Made by a program: the position numbers and the translations under genes
The notes under the pieces: model-generated
What the model was told of the DNA's origin: nothing
Seen by the model: only the letters and a program-made list of their open reading frames with translations
Database searches by the model: none
Origin: Treponemataceae bacterium
Lineage (GTDB): Bacteria; Spirochaetota; Spirochaetia; Treponematales; Rectinemataceae
Direction: 5' to 3'
Length of the DNA: 64,000 nt
NCBI GenBank assembly: GCA_963667725.2
Contig: CAXXHO010000003.1
Location: forward strand, 960,001 to 1,024,000
In this document: in pieces, positions 9,283 through 16,997 of the stretch
How positions within the stretch are numbered: the stretch's first letter is position 1
How the letters are laid out: each line of letters opens with the position of its first letter

Positions 9283-10014
9283 ATGGCGTTTTCCAACAGA
9301 CATCGCTCCTACACCGAGAAAGTGATGACCGCCCGTAAAAGGCGCAGAGGACTCCGCAAGGTCCTCCTCGTTCTCCTCTCGGTGGGGCTTATCCGCACTT
9401 TCTTCCTTCAGTCGTATAAGGTTGACGCCACATCGATGCGGCCGGCCCTTTCCCCTGGCGACAGAGTCCTGTCTTTTCCCCTTCCGGTTGGCGCCGCAAC
9501 GCTTTTCGGAAAATTGCCTCGCATAACCGACTTGAAAAGAGGGGAGCTTATCGTCCTCGCTCCCGATCCCATACCTGCGGAAAGCTGGTGGTTCAGCGCC
9601 TGGGATAGCCTGGCGCGATTCTTCACGCTTCAATATTATTCCCCCTCGGCCCGGCGCCATGGCCTCAGTCTGACCTCTCCGGGCCTGTATAGAGTCATAG
9701 GACTGCCCGGCGACGCCATCAGGCGCAAGGGGGCTCTGTATGAAATACGCCCGGCGGGTTCCACTTTGTTCCAGAATGAGTACATGCTTTCCGAGGTCAG
9801 CTATTCGCTTTCCGGTACCTCCCCGGTTTCAGGGCCGGCTCAGGGCGGAGAATTCGCGCGCGTGAATATCCTTGGAAAGAACGAATACTACGTCGCCTGC
9901 GACGACAGATCCTTGTTGGCGGGATCCCAGCTATGGGGGTCCGTAGGACAGGAAAGAATCATCGGGCGGATCATCGCCGTCTGGTGGCCTCTACGGCGCA
10001 TGAAAATACCATGA
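9283..10014 (+). CDS. Second signal peptidase I paralogue (S26) with a degenerate active site
   Basis: TSMRPALSPGDRV, LYRVIGLPGD (Tyr where the catalytic Lys is expected), CDDRSLLAGSQLWG and IIGRIIAVWWP. Confidence 0.8.
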   Translation: MAFSNRHRSYTEKVMTARKRRRGLRKVLLVLLSVGLIRTFFLQSYKVDATSMRPALSPGDRVLSFPLPVGAATLFGKLPRITDLKRGELIVLAPDPIPAESWWFSAWDSLARFFTLQYYSPSARRHGLSLTSPGLYRVIGLPGDAIRRKGALYEIRPAGSTLFQNEYMLSEVSYSLSGTSPVSGPAQGGEFARVNILGKNEYYVACDDRSLLAGSQLWGSVGQERIIGRIIAVWWPLRRMKIP

Positions 10015-11285
10015 ACCTTTCAGGCTTCCTCTCGGAAAGCGGCGGGGCATTCGAAACGCCGCGATCCCTCTATGTTCATGTGCCCTTCTGTTCCTCCCGC
10101 TGCTCCTACTGCGATTTCCATTCCTTTCCCTGTTCACGAGTATCAGCCTCGCAGCGAGCCGACTACGTGGAAAAGCTCCTGCGGCGTACGGAACATCTCT
10201 GCCGGACGGCCTCGGCCTCCATCGAGACCATCTTTATCGGCGGCGGCACGCCCACGGTTCTGGAAGACGAGGTTTTCGGAAGACTTCTCGCCGGAATCAG
10301 ATCCATTGCGGGGCATCCTCCTCTCGAATGGACGGTAGAGGCCAATCCAGAATCGCTGAGCCCCAGCAAGCTCGAAATGATGGCTGTTCATGGGGTCACC
10401 AGGCTTAGTATAGGGATCCAGAGCATGGACGACGCCGAGCTGGCCATCCTCGGAAGGCATGCCAGGGCGGCGGATAACCGCGGAGCCCTGGACATGGCCA
10501 TCCAGTCGGGACTCAAGCTGTCGGCCGACCTCATGACGGCCTTGCCCGGTCCGGAAAAACGCTCCTCCCGCTCCTCTACACGCTCCGCCCTCCGCGATTC
10601 GACCGCCTTCCTAGCCGAAAAGGGCGTGGGGCATCTCTCCATCTACGACCTTGTCGTCGAGGAGGGAACGCCGATCAAGGGGCGGCTGGATCGAGCGGAG
10701 CTTTTTCCCGCCGACGAGGACGCGGCCTTCGATGAACGCGAGAATGTTGAAGGCTTCCTCAAGGCTCTGGGGTTCTCCCGCTACGAGGTTTCCAATTATG
10801 CGCTCGAAGGTTCCGAATGCCTTCATAACCAAGCCTACTGGTCGATGAACTCCTATCTGGGCGTCGGAAGCGGCGCGGTTTCGACGCTGATCGTCGCCGA
10901 CGGAAGAAAGGCGGCCGCCGCGGGGGCGAGGGGAAGCCTCTCGCTGAGAATCGAGGAGGGGAGGGATCTGCAGACCTATCTCCTTGACCCCGACAAATCC
11001 CTCGCCCTGTCCTGGATAGGGAGGAAGGATTCGGCCTTCGAGATGATCATGATGGCGCTGCGCACGGCCAGAGGCCTCGATGAAGAGCGGTTCAAGGCCC
11101 GTTTCGGGCTGGAAGCCGGCGCTATCTTGTCCAACACGAGGGAAAAATGGAAGGACCGTTTTTCGGAAAGTGCAGGTTTTCTCAGGCTTGACGGCCCCGG
11201 TCTCGACATCCTCAACCTCATCCTCGTCGATGCCCTGGACGAAATGGGCTCCTGGTTTCCCGAAGCGGGAGGGAAAACCCCATGA
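10011..11285 (+). CDS. hemW: Radical SAM heme chaperone HemW (HemN-like)
   Basis: LYVHVPFCSSRCSYCDF, FIGGGTPT, EANPE, YEVSNYA and HNQAYW. ATG 10011 overlaps the upstream TGA. Confidence 0.88.
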   Translation: MNLSGFLSESGGAFETPRSLYVHVPFCSSRCSYCDFHSFPCSRVSASQRADYVEKLLRRTEHLCRTASASIETIFIGGGTPTVLEDEVFGRLLAGIRSIAGHPPLEWTVEANPESLSPSKLEMMAVHGVTRLSIGIQSMDDAELAILGRHARAADNRGALDMAIQSGLKLSADLMTALPGPEKRSSRSSTRSALRDSTAFLAEKGVGHLSIYDLVVEEGTPIKGRLDRAELFPADEDAAFDERENVEGFLKALGFSRYEVSNYALEGSECLHNQAYWSMNSYLGVGSGAVSTLIVADGRKAAAAGARGSLSLRIEEGRDLQTYLLDPDKSLALSWIGRKDSAFEMIMMALRTARGLDEERFKARFGLEAGAILSNTREKWKDRFSESAGFLRLDGPGLDILNLILVDALDEMGSWFPEAGGKTP

Positions 11286-12142
11286 CAAGAGTGCTCTCGA
11301 TTCAATCCCACGTCGTCTACGGCCACGTCGGCAACAGGGCCTCAGTCTTTCCCCTCGAAAGGATGGGCGTGGAAGTCTGGCCCCTGAACACCGTGCAGTT
11401 CTCCAACCATACAGGGTACGGACACTGGAAAGGACAGGTTTTCCCTGGCTCCCATATCGCGGAACTATGGGAGGGACTGGAAGCCCTCGGCCGCGCGTCC
11501 GCCTGCGACGCCCTCCTTTCGGGCTACCTGGGCGCACTGGATGTCGGGGAAGCCATCCTGGATATCGTCGCCTCGATCAGGAAAAGCAACCCAAAAATGC
11601 TGTACTGCTGCGACCCCGTCATGGGCGACTATGAACGCGGCCTCTACGTGAAACCCGGCATCCCCGAGTTTTTCCGCGACAGGGCGCTTCGCGAGGCATC
11701 CATCATCAAACCCAACCAGTTCGAGGCCGAAGCGCTCTCAGGCGTAGCCATCCGCGGCATGGAAGACGCCAGGCGAGCCTGCGCCATCCTCCATGAAAAA
11801 GGACCAGGGATCATCCTCGTCACGAGCATCGACGCCATCCGGCACGGCGGGGATCAGATCTGCACGCTGCTCTCGCTCGGCGATCATGCCTATGTCGTCA
11901 GGACCCCGCGCTTTTCCTTCCCCGTCCCCCCTCACGGCGCTGGCGACATGGCTTCGGCGCTCTTCCTCGGCCATTACCTGGAAACCGGGGACGCGGCGCT
12001 TTCGCTGGAGCGCATGGCCGGCGCCGTCCATGCCGTATTCAAGGCGACGAAGGCCCAGGATTCCGTCGAACTGGCGATCGTCGAGGCTCAGGACGCGTTC
12101 GCTGAAAGGAAAAGCCTGTTCCACGCCGAAAAAATCTGGTAA
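11282..12142 (+). CDS. pdxY: Pyridoxal kinase
   Basis: VLSIQSHVVYGHVGN, TVQFSNHTGY, DPVMGD, PNQFE and GAGD. Confidence 0.93.
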   Translation: MTRVLSIQSHVVYGHVGNRASVFPLERMGVEVWPLNTVQFSNHTGYGHWKGQVFPGSHIAELWEGLEALGRASACDALLSGYLGALDVGEAILDIVASIRKSNPKMLYCCDPVMGDYERGLYVKPGIPEFFRDRALREASIIKPNQFEAEALSGVAIRGMEDARRACAILHEKGPGIILVTSIDAIRHGGDQICTLLSLGDHAYVVRTPRFSFPVPPHGAGDMASALFLGHYLETGDAALSLERMAGAVHAVFKATKAQDSVELAIVEAQDAFAERKSLFHAEKIW

Positions 12143-12201
12143 ACTCCGAGGCTGGGGACGGAATAGCCGAATGAAGGCGTCCGTACGCAAGGAGCCTGCC
12201 G

Positions 12202-13485
12202 ATGAGCGATTTTTCCTATGCCGTAGTTTCTTCCGTACTTCACGACAGCCGGGCCATAGAAACCATATTTTCCGGTTTCGAACCGCTTTTTTCAGGCCTG
12301 AACGGAGAGCGTGTCGAACTGAATCCCCCCGCCGACGGCGGCCCTGTCGCGGCGGCGCCCCCGTTTTTCTTCATCCTCACGGGCGGAACCGAGGGGCTCG
12401 TCCTCAAATATCTGTCTTCCCTGCCCGCCTCCGCGTCGGCCAAACCCTATCCACTTGTCCTCATAGCCCATCCCCGCCACAACTCCCTGCCTGCCGCCCT
12501 GGAGATCGCCGCGCGGGCGAGACAGGACGGAGGATCAGCCATCGTCATACAGATAAGAACGGCGGAAGACGAATCGGCTCGCGCCGATATCCTGGAAGCG
12601 ATACGCCTGAACCGCGCCGTCGCCGCCATGCGCGGCTCGAGGATCGGCGCCGTGGGAGAGGCTTCGGACTGGCTCGTCGCGTCCAGCCAGAAAGCCTCGG
12701 CCCTGAAATCGACCTGGGGCGCCCAGCTGGAACCGGTGTCCATCCGGGAGCTGGAGGATAAAATAGAAGGACTCAGGGAAGGACCGCTCGGCCCCAAGGC
12801 TTCTGCATTCCTCCAGGAATCCCGCTATAAAAAAGAGCCGGCCGGCACGGACATGCATAAATCCGACTTGATATATGGGGCCCTGCGCGCCATCGTCGCC
12901 GAAAAGCGGCTGGACGCCTTCACGCTCAGGTGTTTCGATCTGCTAAGCCTCGAGCGGGCGACGGGCTGCTACGCGCTTTCGCAGATGGCCGACGACGGAA
13001 TAGACGCGGGCTGCGAGGGCGATATCCCTTCCATTCTTGCCCTTCGCTGGATGCGCCTGCTCTCGGGCAAGCCGGCCTGGATGGCCAATCCTTCCGAGAT
13101 CAACCTGGGGAAGACCTCGAGTAAAGGGAATATCCTGCTTGCCCACTGCACCGTTCCCCGATCGCTGCTCACCGGCTATGGGATACGCAGCCATTTCGAG
13201 TCGGGATTGGGCGTCGCCATCGCGGGCAAATTCGCGCCAGGGCAAGTCACCCTCGCGCGCATCGGGGGCGTGTCCCTCGATCAGGTCTGGCTCGCCGAAG
13301 GCCAGCTCACGGATTGCCCGTCGGATGAGGGGTTGTGCAGGACACAGGCTGTCATCGAAATGGATAACGCCGATCTGGCGCGGCTGCTCGATAAGCCGCT
13401 TGGAAACCATCTCATCGTCGGCTTCGGACACTGGGCGAAAATGGCGCGCCGATATCTTTCAATGGAGAATATCAGGGAGATTTGA
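12202..13485 (+). CDS. L-fucose/L-arabinose isomerase-like protein, substrate unknown
   Basis: AFTLRCF, GCEGD, MANP, LAHCTVP, SHFESG, CRTQ and GNH motifs of the FucI/AraA-like family. Confidence 0.7.
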   Translation: MSDFSYAVVSSVLHDSRAIETIFSGFEPLFSGLNGERVELNPPADGGPVAAAPPFFFILTGGTEGLVLKYLSSLPASASAKPYPLVLIAHPRHNSLPAALEIAARARQDGGSAIVIQIRTAEDESARADILEAIRLNRAVAAMRGSRIGAVGEASDWLVASSQKASALKSTWGAQLEPVSIRELEDKIEGLREGPLGPKASAFLQESRYKKEPAGTDMHKSDLIYGALRAIVAEKRLDAFTLRCFDLLSLERATGCYALSQMADDGIDAGCEGDIPSILALRWMRLLSGKPAWMANPSEINLGKTSSKGNILLAHCTVPRSLLTGYGIRSHFESGLGVAIAGKFAPGQVTLARIGGVSLDQVWLAEGQLTDCPSDEGLCRTQAVIEMDNADLARLLDKPLGNHLIVGFGHWAKMARRYLSMENIREI

Positions 13486-13487
13486 TC

Positions 13488-14096
13488 TCACTGCACGAAA
13501 AAGTCGTAGGATGGATGAAGTCTTTCGGCATAGTCTGATCGCAGGCCCAGGTTGAATTTCTTCTCCGTCCCCAGGGTTGAGGGCGGGCCGTGGCCCGGGA
13601 ATATCATCGTGTCGTCAGGATATCCCTGCAGTTTCGTTTCCAGCCTTTCGAACAGGGCCTGGGCGTTGAACGACGAGGTGGTCTTCCCTATGATGCCCGC
13701 GTGCAGGGCGTCGCCGGTGAAGAGATAGGGACCGATACTGTAGATCATGGAGTCCTGGGAATGCCCGGGCACGGCCAGAGCCTTGATCGAGAAGCCCGCT
13801 TCCTCGAAGCTGTCCTGATCGCGCACCTTCCTGCAGACGATATCGAATATCTTCTTGTTGGATGCGTAGACGGCCGGCTCATAAATCCTCATGAGCGTTT
13901 TCAGGCCTCGGCAATGATGGATATGGTTATGCGTGATGAGTATGGCCTTGAGCGAATAGGATTTGTGTTCTATCTGGTCTATCATCGTCGTCGTGACCTC
14001 GGCCGGATCCACGATTATCGCCGATGAAGTCTCCTCGTTTCCCAGAATATAGGCGTTCGAGAAACCGTAGATCGAATAATGCTGGTAAATCTTCAT
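13488..14096 (-). CDS. MBL-fold metallo-hydrolase (glyoxalase II/YcbL-like)
   Basis: SNAYIL, IIVDP, THNHIHH, PGHS, FTGDAL and PGHG. ATG 14096 overlaps the upstream stop. Confidence 0.88.
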   Translation of the reverse strand: MKIYQHYSIYGFSNAYILGNEETSSAIIVDPAEVTTTMIDQIEHKSYSLKAILITHNHIHHCRGLKTLMRIYEPAVYASNKKIFDIVCRKVRDQDSFEEAGFSIKALAVPGHSQDSMIYSIGPYLFTGDALHAGIIGKTTSSFNAQALFERLETKLQGYPDDTMIFPGHGPPSTLGTEKKFNLGLRSDYAERLHPSYDFFVQ

Positions 14097-14692
14097 AGAT
14101 AGATATGCTCCATGTCCTTCACCGCTTCCGTGATGTTCGAGCCCACGGTCGAGATGGATACGGCCTTCTTGGGCATGAAATAGACGCGCTTGAAATCGCA
14201 GTCGTCGAAACGGCTGTTCTCGATGTCGGACAGGATGAAGCGGGAGTCGTAGAGGTTCGAGCTTGAAAAAGTGCTCTCCTTGATCCTGCTGCCGTCGAAA
14301 TTCACGTGGATGAGCTCCGAATTCTCGAAGCTGCAGTCGAAAATATCCACGTCCCCGAAAGAGCAGAAGTCCATATCCACGCCCGAGAAATCGCAGGAAT
14401 CGAGACAGGCCGTGTCGAAGAAACAGAGGCGGAAGGAGGCGCCCGTGAACATTATATGGGAGAGCGAGGTTTTCCCGAAGTTGCAGCCGACGAATCGAAT
14501 CCGCGAAAAATCTCCCACGTTCAGGGCAATATGCGAAAAATCGATGTTGATCGCGCTGCGTTCGCCGACGATGCCGTCTATGAGAAGCTTTACCGCTTCC
14601 TGGGGGCTGGGATGATGTGTCCGGCAATAAGGGCTTCCCGCGAAGGTGGTTTCCTCGCAGCCGGCGGCGCCGCAGGGCATCTTTCTGTACAT
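14093..14692 (-). CDS. Pentapeptide-repeat protein with an N-terminal C-x4-C-x10-C-x2-H motif
   Basis: Regular five-residue periodicity (CDFSG VDMDF CSFGD VDIFD CSFEN). N-terminal CGAAGC...YCRTH. Confidence 0.85.
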   Translation of the reverse strand: MYRKMPCGAAGCEETTFAGSPYCRTHHPSPQEAVKLLIDGIVGERSAINIDFSHIALNVGDFSRIRFVGCNFGKTSLSHIMFTGASFRLCFFDTACLDSCDFSGVDMDFCSFGDVDIFDCSFENSELIHVNFDGSRIKESTFSSSNLYDSRFILSDIENSRFDDCDFKRVYFMPKKAVSISTVGSNITEAVKDMEHIYL

Positions 14693-14820
14693 GAGGACAG
14701 GCTACACCATCGAGGCCGGCGGGACAAGGCCGCGCCCGGCCGGAGCCTCCGACCGGAGCTCCCGGCCGCAAGCCTATCCTCTGCTTGAATCGGGACTCTT
14801 CTAGGGTATATTATACTAGC

Positions 14821-15117
14821 ATGTGCTATTATTGCGGGGAAGCGCTGCCTGCTAGCCCGAAGATCGGTTTTTCCGAAACCTGTCCCTCCTGCGGCAAAGA
14901 CCTTCATGTCTGCCTCCATTGTTCCTTTTATCTCATAGGGGCGCATTGGGATTGCCGGGAAACCATCGACGCCCTCGTCGCCGAAAAGGATAAAAGGAAT
15001 TTCTGCGAGTGGTTCGGCCTCGATGCCCGCTACGGCGTGAAGAACGCGGGCTTGATCGCGACGCGCGGCAAGGCCGAATCAGCTAAATCCGCCTTCGACG
15101 CGCTCTTCACGAAATGA
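14821..15117 (+). CDS. Small Cys-rich putative zinc-binding protein
   Basis: CYYC, CPSC and CLHC plus two further Cys. The stop overlaps the murI ATG. TTGAAT-18 nt-TATTAT lies immediately upstream. Confidence 0.75.
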   Translation: MCYYCGEALPASPKIGFSETCPSCGKDLHVCLHCSFYLIGAHWDCRETIDALVAEKDKRNFCEWFGLDARYGVKNAGLIATRGKAESAKSAFDALFTK

Positions 15118-15941
15118 GTACCATGACCAAGAATTCTTCCATCGTGTTTTTCGACTCCGGCGTGGGAGGGCTCTCCTATCTCGAACAGGCCCGGAGCCTT
15201 CTTCCGGGGGCGACCCTGCATTATGTCGCCGACGATGAGGGCTTTCCCTACGGCACGAAGACGGTCAGGCAACTGGAAACCCTGCTCCTGGACAGGGTAA
15301 GGCGCCTGAGGGCGAGGGTTATGCCCGAAGCCCTCGTCATCGCCTGCAATACGGCCAGTCAAGCCGGCCTCAAGGTGCTGCGCGAAGCCCATCCATTCTT
15401 CCCCATCATCGGCACCGTGCCCGCCATAAAGCCCGCCGCCGAGAGTTCGAAAACCGGACATATAGGCGTCTTGGCAACCGAGCGGACCGTCGTCGATCCT
15501 TATATCGACGATCTCATCGCCCGCTACGCTTCCGAGACGGAGGTAGTCAAGCTGCCGGCTCAGGACCTGGTCTCCTTCGTGGAACGCCACTACCTTTCGT
15601 CGACGGAAGATGAGAGGCGTGCTGCCGTGGAGCCCTATGTCCGCCTGCTTCTGGACCGCGGCGTCGACAGGATAATCCTCGCCTGCACGCATTTTCTCCA
15701 TGTCGAAAAGGATATAGCCGCCTGCGCGCTTGCCCTCGGGGCCGCGGAGGTCGAGATCGTCGATTCCCGTCAGGGCGTGGCCAAAAGGCTCGCGCAGATC
15801 ATCTCCGAACTGGAAAAGGACGATAGCGGGACGGCAGTCTCCGAAAGAGGGCGCTTTTTCCTCACCGGGGAACCGCCCTTCGATCCCTCATACGCCCAGT
15901 GGGCCGAACATTTCGGCCTCCTTCCTCCGGAACGGCTCTAG
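15114..15941 (+). CDS. murI: Glutamate racemase
   Basis: FFDSGVGGLS, PYG, IACNTA and LACTHF (both catalytic Cys present). Confidence 0.95.
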   Translation: MSTMTKNSSIVFFDSGVGGLSYLEQARSLLPGATLHYVADDEGFPYGTKTVRQLETLLLDRVRRLRARVMPEALVIACNTASQAGLKVLREAHPFFPIIGTVPAIKPAAESSKTGHIGVLATERTVVDPYIDDLIARYASETEVVKLPAQDLVSFVERHYLSSTEDERRAAVEPYVRLLLDRGVDRIILACTHFLHVEKDIAACALALGAAEVEIVDSRQGVAKRLAQIISELEKDDSGTAVSERGRFFLTGEPPFDPSYAQWAEHFGLLPPERL

Positions 15942-15959
15942 GATGCCGCGGGTGAAAGC

Positions 15960-16988
15960 TTGACCGGAACGGTGATATTCTCGACCAATAATTCGGCACA
16001 GGTTCTCTGCGACGACGGATTCCTGCGTCTTTGCCAGATAAAGGGCAAGAGGATAAAGGCGCTGACGGGCAGCTACAACAGCCTGGCCGTCGGCGATATC
16101 GTGGAAGTCACTCCCACCGAAGGCAGCCTGGGCCTCATCTCAAAAATGCAGCCCAGGAAGAACACTTTCGGCCGATACAACGAAAAGGGCAGGGCCGAGC
16201 AGTCAATCGCCGCCAATATCGATATGGTGATCTGCGTGACCTCGCCCAGGCTTCCTCCCTTCAGACCGCGCTTCATCGACAGGCTGGCCGTCATGGCCGA
16301 ATGGGCCAGCGTTCCCTTCGTCATCGTGCTCAACAAGATAGACCTGGGCGTCCCTGATGAAGTCCAAGAACGCCTGGAGGATTACCATGAGCTGGGCTAT
16401 CGGGTAATCCAGAGTTCGGTGAAGACCGGCGAGGGCATCGAAGCCCTTCTGGGGCTCCTTTCCGGCTCGGTGGGCGTGTTCGCCGGACAGTCGGGGGTCG
16501 GCAAGTCGAGCCTCCTCAACGTCCTCGTGCCCGGAACCGAGCGCAGAACGGCCGACGTGTCTGAAAAATACGACAGAGGAAAGCATACGACGACCATGGC
16601 CGAGATGATTCTTACCGATAGCGGACTCAAGATTATCGATACGCCGGGCATTCGCAGGCTGGCCCTCAGGAGCCTTCCCCCCGACGACCTGGCAGGCTGT
16701 TTCCCGGAGATGCTCCCCCTCATAGAGGACTGCGCCTACGGCTCGCGCTGCAGCCATACGGACGAGGAAGGCTGCGCCATCAGGGAAGCGGTGGAGGAAT
16801 CCACTATCCATCCGGACCGCTATGAAAGCTACCTACGCATCAGGGAGGACCTCGTCCAGCCCGTCGCGTGGAAAAAGTCGGGCGTCCGCGATCCGGGCAG
16901 GAAGGAGAGAGGGCTTTCATCCAAGATCAGGACGAAAATCAGGGGTTCTGGTTCGGCCGATCTCGACGAACACGACGAACTCTTTTAG
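15960..16988 (+). CDS. rsgA: Ribosome small subunit-dependent GTPase A
   Basis: AANID, NKID, GQSGVGKSS, GKHTTT, DTPG and a C-x4-C-x-H-x5-C zinc motif. Confidence 0.95.
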   Translation: MTGTVIFSTNNSAQVLCDDGFLRLCQIKGKRIKALTGSYNSLAVGDIVEVTPTEGSLGLISKMQPRKNTFGRYNEKGRAEQSIAANIDMVICVTSPRLPPFRPRFIDRLAVMAEWASVPFVIVLNKIDLGVPDEVQERLEDYHELGYRVIQSSVKTGEGIEALLGLLSGSVGVFAGQSGVGKSSLLNVLVPGTERRTADVSEKYDRGKHTTTMAEMILTDSGLKIIDTPGIRRLALRSLPPDDLAGCFPEMLPLIEDCAYGSRCSHTDEEGCAIREAVEESTIHPDRYESYLRIREDLVQPVAWKKSGVRDPGRKERGLSSKIRTKIRGSGSADLDEHDELF

Positions 16989-16997
16989 GATCGATGT

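Noticed and set aside
13488..14771. 5' extensions in the ORF track (e.g. 427-aa MBL ORF, 217-aa SmpB, 366-aa Skp, 194-aa RbfA)
   Set aside because: The extensions overlap real neighbouring genes and lack family similarity. Starts were moved to the coupled or Shine-Dalgarno-preceded ATG.
14700..14775. GC-rich imperfect inverted repeat between the divergent pentapeptide and zinc-protein genes as a riboswitch or ncRNA
   Set aside because: It shows no recognisable aptamer consensus, and such pairing is expected by chance at this GC content.
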